Virus record (IMG/VR): IMGVR_UViG_3300028596_000001 | Source of the DNA: a virus | Lineage: Duplodnaviria; Caudoviricetes | Reading direction: 5' to 3' (one strand) | Length of the DNA stretch: 64,000 bases | Shown here: positions 46,735 to 55,233 of the stretch, in pieces | Numbering within the stretch: position 1 is the stretch's first letter | How the letters are laid out: the number at the start of each line of letters is the position of its first letter | Program-made: the position numbers and the translations under genes | The notes under the pieces: generated by a model | Seen by the model: only the letters and a program-made list of their open reading frames with translations | Told to the model about the DNA's origin: nothing | The model's database searches: none

Positions 46735-48036
46735 TTAGCCCATCAGGTAGCTGGCCAGACCTTGGATCATGCCGCCTTCAGAAGCTTCAGCTGCTGGGGT
46801 TTGACTGGCGATGACCTTTGGAGTCGGAGCTGCTTCGATGGCATTGTCTTCTACGTGGCTGTAGGAGCCCTCGTAGAAGTTGTCACCTGGGATTACCGCA
46901 CGACCCAGACGGGTACCACCGACACCTGCCAGCAGGCCAGCACCAGCTGCCAGCCCGCTACGCAGGATGTTGTCTTCGACGTGCTCGTCGACCAGAGTAC
47001 CCAGACCGAAGGCCGCTGCAGTACCGATGGCACCGCCTGCCAGAGAACCGATGCTCATGCCGCGCTGAGCGATGTCGATACCACCGGCAACCACTGCCAC
47101 GCCAGCTGCGATCCAGCCACCACGGATGCCGCCCTTGTTTTCACGCATGAAGCTGTACGGCGACTCGTCTTCCTTCTTCGGATTTTCCTGAGCGAAGTCA
47201 ACCAGGCTGACCACGTTCTTCAGGTTGTCTTCGGAAGTCAGCAGGTACATTGCCAGCTTGTTGTCGAACTTCTTGATCTCGTCGCCGACGAACTTGTTGA
47301 ACTTCTTGAACGACTTGGCGTGAGCCTTGTCGGACTCCAGCCAGGCGTTGAAGGTTTCTTCACGCTCTTCGGCGCTGGTCAGACCAGGAACTTCTTTCAG
47401 GCAACCGATCAGCGATTTGATGATCGGCTTCAGGTAGTCGTAGACACCCATGACCTTGCCGCTGGCCAGGTCGCCTTCCAGGAAGGACAGAACGATGTGA
47501 CGGTTGCCTTTCTTGACCTTGCCCTTCTCGATGGCAGTGGCCAGAGCTTCGGCGAAGGCTTTGGCCTCGACGTTGGCGCGACCGTTATCGTTGTCCTTGG
47601 CCTTCTTGTCCTTTTTGGTAGGAGCAGGAGCGGCGTTGGCGTGGATGTTTTCGGCGACGTTGTTTTCTGGAGCGGTAGCGGTTTGCATGGCGGATGCCTC
47701 GGTGGTGGTTGCATTAGGGTTGGTGTTGGTGATCATCTTGTTGTCAGCGGGCAATTCTGAGATACCCTTAACGCTGTCGACAATCACCGGCAGTACTTTT
47801 TCTGGCAGATTAGCTTTCAGGCCGTTCAGCAATGCTGGGTTGGCCTTCTTGATAATCGTGATCGAATACTTGGTATCGAAGCGAGTGTTGATTGCTTCGA
47901 GTACCGCTTGACGATCTTCGCGAGTTACGAAATGATCGTCCAGCAGGTAATGCTTGACTACTGCTGTTACTGCTGCATTCTCCTGAGCATCCAGAGCAAG
48001 TTGAATGGCAGCAGCAATAGTTTCAATCTGATACAT
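46735..48036 (-). CDS. Large hypothetical protein with glycine-zipper hydrophobic C-terminal region
   Basis: GGWIAAGVAVVAGG..GSLAGGAIGTAAAFGLG..GLAAGAGLLAGVGG; strong codon bias. Confidence 0.75.
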   Translation of the reverse strand: MYQIETIAAAIQLALDAQENAAVTAVVKHYLLDDHFVTREDRQAVLEAINTRFDTKYSITIIKKANPALLNGLKANLPEKVLPVIVDSVKGISELPADNKMITNTNPNATTTEASAMQTATAPENNVAENIHANAAPAPTKKDKKAKDNDNGRANVEAKAFAEALATAIEKGKVKKGNRHIVLSFLEGDLASGKVMGVYDYLKPIIKSLIGCLKEVPGLTSAEEREETFNAWLESDKAHAKSFKKFNKFVGDEIKKFDNKLAMYLLTSEDNLKNVVSLVDFAQENPKKEDESPYSFMRENKGGIRGGWIAAGVAVVAGGIDIAQRGMSIGSLAGGAIGTAAAFGLGTLVDEHVEDNILRSGLAAGAGLLAGVGGTRLGRAVIPGDNFYEGSYSHVEDNAIEAAPTPKVIASQTPAAEASEGGMIQGLASYLMG

Positions 48037-48087
48037 GATTCACTCCTAGGAATTAATTGAGTTCGATTAAAAACTCTATGTTTCATA

Positions 48088-48110
48088 CACCCAAGTAATA
48101 CAGGTCTGAA
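48088..48110 (-). promoter_or_regulatory. Early-type promoter (variant TGTATTAC)
   Basis: Minus strand TTCAGACC-TGTATTAC-TTGGGTG. Confidence 0.65.
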
Positions 48111-48145
48111 CAATCCTAGAAGTTAAATTTATTGCTTATAAGTAA

Positions 48146-48586
48146 TTACTTATCTTTAATGAATCCAAAGCTCATATTGGTAAAGATAAGTTCACGACCC
48201 ATCCATTCAGCGAATACCTGCTCCAGCTCCAGATGGTTGTATGCATCCAGCTTGTAGCCCAGGGACATATGGAACAAGGGAGTACCGTACGAATGTTCGT
48301 AGCCTGCTTCTTTAAGACTACGGAACTCTTCGAGCATCTGCGGGGACGTCAGGTGGAATACGTATGCGTCGCCCAGCTTACCCATGCTGATGATCTTGGC
48401 AGCGAAGGTCTTGGTCTTGTCGAGTTCTACCAAAGGTTCCTTGTGTTCGCGCTCGTCGTACATCATGGTGACGTGCAGATCGTATTTATCGCTAGGGGCT
48501 TGACCAGCCTCCATGAGCGCGCCGAATACGTCTTCTACCATGTTGTCTTGCAGGCTTACTTGAATGTAGCTGTAATCCGGTTCCAT
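48146..48586 (-). CDS. 2H phosphodiesterase, Acb1 (T4 57B)-like
   Basis: LHVTMMYD and FHMSLGY (two Hx[TS] motifs); L.SPQM...R.L...G..HSY..P.FH spacing as in T4 Acb1; 146 aa. Confidence 0.7.
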   Translation of the reverse strand: MEPDYSYIQVSLQDNMVEDVFGALMEAGQAPSDKYDLHVTMMYDEREHKEPLVELDKTKTFAAKIISMGKLGDAYVFHLTSPQMLEEFRSLKEAGYEHSYGTPLFHMSLGYKLDAYNHLELEQVFAEWMGRELIFTNMSFGFIKDK

Positions 48587-48600
48587 GATTTATCCTTGAG

Positions 48601-48647
48601 GCAAAAAAATAAGATAAGGACGGCTACTACCCCTAGGGGTAGTAGCC
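48601..48647 (-). terminator. Perfect 26-bp CCTAGG-centred palindrome with A-run
   Basis: AAAAAAATAAG... GGCTACTACCCCT|AGGGGTAGTAGCC. Confidence 0.75.
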
Positions 48648-48660
48648 TATACGATCGACC

Positions 48661-49416
48661 TTAGGCAGGCTGTACGTTTACGTACTCATAGAAAGCAGTA
48701 CACACTTCCCGCACCGACTCTGCCAGTTCGTTCATATCTAGTCCGACCACCGGGGCACCAACACTGGAAATAACATCCAGTCGGCCATGGTGCCCTTCAA
48801 TGGTCACCTGGTGTTTATGCGAACTCCCAAATTTGATTTGGACGTAAGCCAAACGCTGGTCAGTCATGTGGTGGTAGGTGACAACTGCATCACCCAGAGG
48901 ACCTCTACCAACTACCCCCTTATAACGTCCATGAGTAGCATGGATACTTTCAATCAACTTACCCAATTCCACCATGATAGCCGTGACAGGTCTTGGTTCG
49001 TTGGCAGCAGTAAGGTCAACAACCGATGGCGGCGATAGGAGGTCCTTCGCAGTACTACGCCATACATTAGAACAAAGGGCCGCGATGGTCTTGGTGTTAT
49101 CAAACTTTATCACCGCCTGCTGGACCAATGGCTTCCAGAAATGCGCATCCGCTTCTGCCAACCGGGAATGGTAGGTAGCAGGACCGAATATCAACAGTGC
49201 TCTTTCAGACATGCTGAAGTTGTACAGGCAAGCCTTGAGTTCGCCATTGCTTTGATCGGTGACAAATACCAAATGGTATCCTTCATCAACAACAGTCGAC
49301 ACCAGGTCAGGGCGTTGCAGTGCGTCTTTTGAGAGAACGGACTGGTAACTCTCTACCAGCCCTTTACCCATGGCCATGATCTGTTTGATCAACGGATCAG
49401 AAGTATTAGCATCCAT
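48661..49416 (-). CDS. Hypothetical protein
   Basis: Start moved to ATG 49416 to remove the long overlap with the DHH gene. Confidence 0.6.
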   Translation of the reverse strand: MDANTSDPLIKQIMAMGKGLVESYQSVLSKDALQRPDLVSTVVDEGYHLVFVTDQSNGELKACLYNFSMSERALLIFGPATYHSRLAEADAHFWKPLVQQAVIKFDNTKTIAALCSNVWRSTAKDLLSPPSVVDLTAANEPRPVTAIMVELGKLIESIHATHGRYKGVVGRGPLGDAVVTYHHMTDQRLAYVQIKFGSSHKHQVTIEGHHGRLDVISSVGAPVVGLDMNELAESVREVCTAFYEYVNVQPA

Positions 49417-50410
49417 GTTCACATCCTTGTTTAGGAACTTTCGCCCATTCACCGCCGACCTTCGTGTAACTGTACGACGACAGGTATTCGTGGGAATGAT
49501 GGAACTGTTCATCAGTAAGTGGGATACGGAACGCCGCGCTGTTGGCATGACCACCGCCACCGAAGCGTTTGGCGATCTCACCTACGTGCACACCGCCATC
49601 CTTCTTACTACGCAGCGAGTACTGACGACCATCACGACCATCTGCATAAGTAACCGAGAACGGTTCACCGACAGACAGAGCAGCACCCAGCTCATTGCGG
49701 AACAGGGAGTTCGCGTTAACGATAGGTACGTCGTAATCATCCAGCTTGAAGCGACGAGCGCTCCGTGACAGACCCTTAACGGTCTTATCGATATGACGCT
49801 GGATGGCAACACCTTCAGCTACCAGTTCGTCGATATCTTTGTTGATGACCGTGTCGAAGGTAGTGACGTTCATTTCATAACTAAACGCGGCAGCAACCCA
49901 ATGTTTGGTGTTGGGGTGTTTGTGCCACCACATGTCGTAGTCTTCGGCGTAAATGATCCCCAGGGGACAGGCCGACGACACGTTATCGACGTTGAACCAT
50001 TTCCAGGCCAACATGGCACCAGAGTGACGATTATCAACGACAACAACCGAACCACCATCTCCCTGTTCGCTTTTGAACCAAGCTTCCAGACCTTTCTCCC
50101 ATTCCTTCTCGGCGATGGGAGCGAGTTCTTTCAAGGCGGTATCGTGGTGATCCAGTACCAGCAACGAACAGATCGACATGAGGTGTTTGGTGGTGTGCAG
50201 ATCAAAAGCAAAGTCCACACAGATAACACGTTTACCGATCAGCTTTCCAAAACCCTGGCCGAAGATGTCTTCGAAGTCATCCCCGTACTGAACAGCCACA
50301 GTATCAGCCTGACCACCGTAATACTTCCAGACTACCCAACCAGCAGCCAGACCGTCCAGGCAGTTCTTGTGGTAAATAATCACTACATCGTGTTGCGATT
50401 CAAAAGCCAT
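49406..50410 (-). CDS. DHH/DHHA1 phosphoesterase (NrnA/NrnB-like)
   Basis: YHKNCLDG, CVDF, LDHH, SGAMLAW, EDYDMW, YSLRS, FGGGGHANSAAF. Confidence 0.85.
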   Translation of the reverse strand: MAFESQHDVVIIYHKNCLDGLAAGWVVWKYYGGQADTVAVQYGDDFEDIFGQGFGKLIGKRVICVDFAFDLHTTKHLMSICSLLVLDHHDTALKELAPIAEKEWEKGLEAWFKSEQGDGGSVVVVDNRHSGAMLAWKWFNVDNVSSACPLGIIYAEDYDMWWHKHPNTKHWVAAAFSYEMNVTTFDTVINKDIDELVAEGVAIQRHIDKTVKGLSRSARRFKLDDYDVPIVNANSLFRNELGAALSVGEPFSVTYADGRDGRQYSLRSKKDGGVHVGEIAKRFGGGGHANSAAFRIPLTDEQFHHSHEYLSSYSYTKVGGEWAKVPKQGCEHGC

Positions 50411-50413
50411 TAC

Positions 50414-50725
50414 TTAAACCCCGTTCTTAACCCAGAATTCCGTTTGCTCTTCACTGCGAGTAGCAATGTACGCACCCTGTTCATTGACTGCATCGTAGTA
50501 CGCGTTTTCTTCGTAAAGGTATTCGACCTTATCGATGAAGCCGTTCTTGATGGTCACGTAGAAAGCACGGCCGTCGGGCTGGTCCGCACGTACGCGCACT
50601 TCAGGCCCGCCGACCACACCCAATACACCTTCTAATGCAAAGGTGGTGATGTGTTCGGACTTTTCGGAACCTCGCTCGATGAAACGCCAGTCATTGCCGT
50701 GTTTAAAGAAACGATAACGAAACAT
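50414..50725 (-). CDS. Hypothetical protein
   Basis: Tiling. Confidence 0.6.
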   Translation of the reverse strand: MFRYRFFKHGNDWRFIERGSEKSEHITTFALEGVLGVVGGPEVRVRADQPDGRAFYVTIKNGFIDKVEYLYEENAYYDAVNEQGAYIATRSEEQTEFWVKNGV

Positions 50726-51105
50726 TAGACGTCCTTATTCTTTTCTTTTAAGAAACCTTCTTTACGCTTCGCCAATTTAACCGCGATGGTATCCTTGGTC
50801 GATTGCAGAAGACCTTCAATGAGTTTCCGAGGGAAGAGTGGTTCGTTGTTACCATTCTTCCGCGGATAGACGATGGACTCACGAGTGATAACGACTAATG
50901 GGTCAGGGTTTTCCACGGCACTCAAGCTGTAATGGATGACGATGGAAGGATTCCCTGTTTTGAAATCTTTACAGTGCAGGCAGAAATTATTGTTTTCCGG
51001 GATGTAGAAACCACCAACACGGAAATCGGATATGATCTCCGAAGCTGAGGCAATCAACATCTCATCAGTAACCTCTGCAACATCATCCACTTGTTTGTTT
51101 TCCAT
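50725..51105 (-). CDS. Hypothetical protein
   Basis: Tiling. Confidence 0.6.
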   Translation of the reverse strand: MENKQVDDVAEVTDEMLIASASEIISDFRVGGFYIPENNNFCLHCKDFKTGNPSIVIHYSLSAVENPDPLVVITRESIVYPRKNGNNEPLFPRKLIEGLLQSTKDTIAVKLAKRKEGFLKEKNKDV

Positions 51106-51114
51106 GAGAAGTCC

Positions 51115-51306
51115 TTAGCCTTTGTGGCGCGGGTCTTTGACGTGGATGGCAACGATGGTGCCACGAGATTTCTTAATTCGTGCGAAGGTGCGACGAGCAG
51201 CTGTGTCCGCAGGGCACGGCATCTTCATGCAGTCAGTAGTAAACTGCAAATGCCCGAGTTTAGCCAAGAACAAGTATTCCCGCTTTACTTTATATTTCTC
51301 GACCAT
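51115..51306 (-). CDS. Small basic protein
   Basis: Ends RIKKSRGTIVAIHVKDPRHKG. Confidence 0.6.
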   Translation of the reverse strand: MVEKYKVKREYLFLAKLGHLQFTTDCMKMPCPADTAARRTFARIKKSRGTIVAIHVKDPRHKG

Positions 51307-51310
51307 GAAC

Positions 51311-51490
51311 TTATTCCTTGTCCAGCGGGTAGCGTGGGTTCTTGATATGGACAGCCACGATGGTCCGGCCAGTACGGATGCGTTCCTGGATACGTCTTAC
51401 AGCCGCTTCTGCAAAACCCGCGTCTTGCTCACGGAAATAGCGCCAGCCGGCGGAGTCTTCGGTGATCTCTACGATGTACTTGCTTTCCAT
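51311..51490 (-). CDS. 59-aa protein missing from the ORF track; paralog of 51115-51306
   Basis: Manual translation MESKYIVEITEDSAGWRYFREQDAGFAEAAVRRIQERIRTGRTIVAVHIKNPRYPLDKE; AGGA RBS. Confidence 0.65.
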   Translation of the reverse strand: MESKYIVEITEDSAGWRYFREQDAGFAEAAVRRIQERIRTGRTIVAVHIKNPRYPLDKE

Positions 51491-51494
51491 ATTC

Positions 51495-51821
51495 TTATTC
51501 CTTTTTCAAATGGACTGAACCAACTGACTCGGTTTGAGGTGCCATGGACGTGGCATAAGGTCCAACATAATTGATAACATCAACCATAACCTTAACGTCG
51601 TCGTGTTCTTTGAGGAAGGTTGCAGTACCCTCCCCGTTACGCAAAGTTTCCAGGTAGACGTTACCGTGGCCGTGAGCGTCAGAGATACGGTTAAACAAAG
51701 TGCTACCAGCCAAGTCCTCAGACAAACGGATCTGAGGGAACTTGTGGAAATCCAGGAAGCGTTCCATGTGGATTGCGCCGTCTTGTACAGCTCTTACTCG
51801 TAGAAAAGAGAACTGTGCCAT
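51495..51821 (-). CDS. Hypothetical protein
   Basis: Tiling. Confidence 0.6.
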   Translation of the reverse strand: MAQFSFLRVRAVQDGAIHMERFLDFHKFPQIRLSEDLAGSTLFNRISDAHGHGNVYLETLRNGEGTATFLKEHDDVKVMVDVINYVGPYATSMAPQTESVGSVHLKKE

Positions 51822-51830
51822 AACCGCTCC

Positions 51831-52148
51831 TTATTGGCTTTTGTCACAAATGGCTTGTAGGCCCTTCAGCTCAGAGCCATAACGATCACCGTAGCGGAAG
51901 TCTTCTACTACAACGTCCCATTTGCTACCGATCTTCACTTTTTCTGCTTCACTTCTTCTGCAGCCAAAGCGCTCGTCACGATAGACCTTGTTGGTGCCGA
52001 CTACTTTAAGGTCCAACGTACTACCACGTTTAGACCGGAGATCAACGTCAATCACTTCCATAGTGACACGTTCGGTCTTGGTGACTTCACGTTCTGGACA
52101 ACCGGTCAGTGCAGCCATTGCCAAAGAAACTACTAACAACTTACGCAT
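51831..52148 (-). CDS. Lipoprotein
   Basis: MRKLLVVSLAMAALTG-C lipobox. Confidence 0.75.
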   Translation of the reverse strand: MRKLLVVSLAMAALTGCPEREVTKTERVTMEVIDVDLRSKRGSTLDLKVVGTNKVYRDERFGCRRSEAEKVKIGSKWDVVVEDFRYGDRYGSELKGLQAICDKSQ

Positions 52149-52150
52149 GA

Positions 52151-52498
52151 TTACCCCGCAATAATCAAAGAGTTCATTGCTGCCTTGATGGTGTCGACAG
52201 CTTCATCCAGGACCAACAGTACTTCTGTGTTGATGTAGATTACCAGATGCTGGTCTTGTTTACAGATCATGCAGATCGGCAACAGACTTTGTTTGTAGTC
52301 GTAGATGTAAACAACCGGGCCGTTGTCACGACAGACGTTATAAAGCGCCAGCACGTTGTCACGTGAGTTGAAGTGCGTAACGCTGTTACGACTATAAGAC
52401 AACTCTTTGTGTAATTTTTCAATGGATCGGTATGTAGACCCCAGGTCACAACGACTGTTAGCCAGGGTGGTGAAGTGTTGCTCGAATCCCTTGATCAT
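52151..52498 (-). CDS. Hypothetical protein
   Basis: Tiling. Confidence 0.6.
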   Translation of the reverse strand: MIKGFEQHFTTLANSRCDLGSTYRSIEKLHKELSYSRNSVTHFNSRDNVLALYNVCRDNGPVVYIYDYKQSLLPICMICKQDQHLVIYINTEVLLVLDEAVDTIKAAMNSLIIAG

Positions 52499-53214
52499 CG
52501 CAGATCACCTTGTGGTTTGCCAACGATATCGATACAACGGAACACAGCAAAGCCGTCATTGAACTCAGCAGCCAGTCGTCCGGCTTCACTCATAGCCAAA
52601 GCCATGGTCAAATGACGGAACGGCGCACGGTTGAACAACGCCACACCATTATTACCTACCTTGGCGATTACGTAACGGCCGAGAGTCTTGTTATAGTTCT
52701 CACGGTAGGTAATGTCGTTAGCCTTAGTGAACTTGTTGTGGTACAGTCTGAAGCCATCCCACAATGCATTCACTCGTGCATTGAGGTAGTTGTCATTGAA
52801 GTCCCTGGCCAGGTCGCTCTTTGTGAGGCCCGGCTCGATCTCAAACACGACATCTTCGAACTCAGTCCGAAGCGAGCTACGCTTGGTATTTGGATTGGGG
52901 GCGAATTGCATCTTCGGAGCATCGGCCTTGGGTTTCTTGGCGGTGCTCACATTGTGCAATGGAATTGCCAGAATGTACGGGTCTTTGGGATCCTCGGAGA
53001 TATACACGACCGGGTTGAGGCTGTCGTTGAAGTTACGGCCAGTACGTTCCAGCAAACGGTCCAGTACTTCGTTCAGCGCACCTTCGGCATCTGGCTCACT
53101 GAGACCATTCTCAACGGCCAGTTCTTTTGCGCGATTATCGATCCACTCAGGGGAAATAGCCCGCAGGGAATAACCCTGCTCGTGGAAGAAGTCTTCGCGG
53201 TCTTTGGTTTCCAT
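52495..53214 (-). CDS. Hypothetical protein
   Basis: Tiling; C-terminal PFRH..A.SEAGRLA module. Confidence 0.65.
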   Translation of the reverse strand: METKDREDFFHEQGYSLRAISPEWIDNRAKELAVENGLSEPDAEGALNEVLDRLLERTGRNFNDSLNPVVYISEDPKDPYILAIPLHNVSTAKKPKADAPKMQFAPNPNTKRSSLRTEFEDVVFEIEPGLTKSDLARDFNDNYLNARVNALWDGFRLYHNKFTKANDITYRENYNKTLGRYVIAKVGNNGVALFNRAPFRHLTMALAMSEAGRLAAEFNDGFAVFRCIDIVGKPQGDLR

Positions 53215-53229
53215 TACATCTGTCCTTAA

Positions 53230-53781
53230 TTAAGCAGCGGCAACTGGGGGAGTACCCGCCAGTGGTTTATATTCTTCGTCAATAGTAGTTGGGTTAGCGG
53301 CGGCTTCAACAGCCAATTCGTCAGCCATTTCGTTAAACGGATCACCAGCATGGCCGGCTACCTTGTGGAAGGTAACCTTGTTTAGCTTGAGTAGCTCGTC
53401 CATGATCTTCCAGAGATCGGCGTTCTTAACCGGGGTTTGTGCCTGGTAGGTTACCCAATTGTTACGAATCCATCCACGCAGCCAATTGGTGGCGCCGTCG
53501 ATAACATATTGGGAATCAGTGCAGATAATGAAATGTTTACCTGGCCCGAACTCTTCCAGGGCGGCAATTACCCCCAAGATCTCTTGGCGGTTATTGGTGG
53601 TCATGTAGTAGCCCTTAGACAGCTTAACCACAATGCCATCATAGATAGCTACAATCCCATAACCTCCAGGTCCGGGGTTACCCTTACAGGCGCCGTCAGT
53701 ATAGATGATGTAAGGATTCTGTTTTAAAGCTTCCTTAACCCCCTTGTTACTGACTTTCTTTTTGAAACGATTACTAGCCAT
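53230..53781 (-). CDS. rnhA: Ribonuclease HI
   Basis: YTDGACKGNPGPGG, TTNNRQE, TDSQY, KNADLW, KVAGHAG, NEMADELA. Confidence 0.95.
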   Translation of the reverse strand: MASNRFKKKVSNKGVKEALKQNPYIIYTDGACKGNPGPGGYGIVAIYDGIVVKLSKGYYMTTNNRQEILGVIAALEEFGPGKHFIICTDSQYVIDGATNWLRGWIRNNWVTYQAQTPVKNADLWKIMDELLKLNKVTFHKVAGHAGDPFNEMADELAVEAAANPTTIDEEYKPLAGTPPVAAA

Positions 53782-53829
53782 AAGAACCTCTGACCGAGGA
53801 GGGTGGTTAACCCTCCCCAGCTTTACAGG

Positions 53830-55233
53830 TTAAAAGTACATGTTGAAACTGTCGGTGGTATCACGCGGTTCCAACTGACGGGTCATCTCAGCGGCGGTGT
53901 CGATAGTTTTGATAACCTTGACACGCGACATGATGGTGTCGGACACGTAACGCAGGATGCTGACCATCAGTGGATCGTTGGACGGTTTAACAGCTGGCTC
54001 TTCGTAACGGCCATCGAACATTACCAGGGCCTTACCCAACCACTCGTCCAGCTCGTTGCGCAGTTCCCACTCTTCTTTGTCCAGCTTGAACTTGAACGGA
54101 TCGGAAGTACCAAAGCCACCACCGATGATCTCGATGGTGTTTTCTTCGGTACGGACCATGAGCATGTCGCGGAAACGGCCGTGCGGCAGAACAACCTCGG
54201 TAATCGCCAGCTTGTTGCGAGCATAGAGCGAGTTGGTGTTGATCGTCCGGTCTTTCACGCTCTGGTTGGCGATACCGATGAAGGTAGGGCAGTTCAACCA
54301 GCAACGCATCAGGTTAACGCCGGTGAGGGACAGGCGGCTGTTGGTACGAACGGTGGTCTCGGTGATAGTACACTCCTTGACCGCTACCCGCCCGTTACAG
54401 TCGATCTTGGAATCGGTGATCTGTGCCTGGAAGTAATCACCGCGGCTCAAACCACTGCGACGGATAGTGGAACGCTCCAGATAGACACCGTTGTAGTTGG
54501 TATCGAACTCACGCACTTTCTCGTATTCGCCCACATCCAGTTTCTTTGGAGTGTGGTCGACAGTGGTGTCACTGATCAGGCACTCGCTGTACTTGCCGCC
54601 GATCAGACTGACCGAGTTGAACAGACTGCAATCACGCACGTCGGCGTTGATCACGATAACAGACGCGCCGCGCTTGTGATCGACCTGGTTGCGGTTCATG
54701 CTCCAAGGATTGGACAGGTGCCCACCGCTATCACGCTCGATCCACACCTTGGAGTCTTTGGACATCAAGTAGGCGTGGTACTGCCCTTCCAGCTCGAAGA
54801 TGTACGCATCGAGTACGGTCTCTTTCGGAACCGGCAGTCCGTAATGGCGGTAGCAGAACCATTCGGAACTGAGGCCATCCGGGAAAGTCCGCATACCTTC
54901 CGGGTTATTGATTGCGGTGATGGAACCAAAGGTGAAGTCGCTAGCCACTGGGGCCAGCAAGTTACCCAAGACCACCAGGCCGGAGTCTAATCGGTCGAAA
55001 TCTTTAATTGAAAGGCCCGACTGCACGACCTGAGAGATCTTGGGTACTTCTTTGGGTTTGTTGCCACCACGGAAGGTCGGGAAGGTACTAACCAGCCGTT
55101 GGAATTTGGCTGGCTCCAGTACTTCTTTGGCCGTTACTGGTCCGACTACCATTGGCAGGGTGGTTTCTTTGGACGCCACTTCTACCTTGGCAGTCCGAGC
55201 TGTCTTCACTACTGCTTTTGTATCAGTCATCAC
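53830..55233 (-). CDS. Hypothetical protein with a probable beta-helical segment
   Basis: Repeating S/T/C-x-I pattern (SECLISDTTV, STIRRS, ITDSKID, ECTITETTV). Confidence 0.65.
   Translation of the reverse strand: MMTDTKAVVKTARTAKVEVASKETTLPMVVGPVTAKEVLEPAKFQRLVSTFPTFRGGNKPKEVPKISQVVQSGLSIKDFDRLDSGLVVLGNLLAPVASDFTFGSITAINNPEGMRTFPDGLSSEWFCYRHYGLPVPKETVLDAYIFELEGQYHAYLMSKDSKVWIERDSGGHLSNPWSMNRNQVDHKRGASVIVINADVRDCSLFNSVSLIGGKYSECLISDTTVDHTPKKLDVGEYEKVREFDTNYNGVYLERSTIRRSGLSRGDYFQAQITDSKIDCNGRVAVKECTITETTVRTNSRLSLTGVNLMRCWLNCPTFIGIANQSVKDRTINTNSLYARNKLAITEVVLPHGRFRDMLMVRTEENTIEIIGGGFGTSDPFKFKLDKEEWELRNELDEWLGKALVMFDGRYEEPAVKPSNDPLMVSILRYVSDTIMSRVKVIKTIDTAAEMTRQLEPRDTTDSFNMYF

Noticed and set aside
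45779-49416. Possible paralogy among 45779-46138, 46138-46446 and the two halves of 48661-49416
   Set aside because: Only loose helical-pattern resemblance; cannot be supported by eye.
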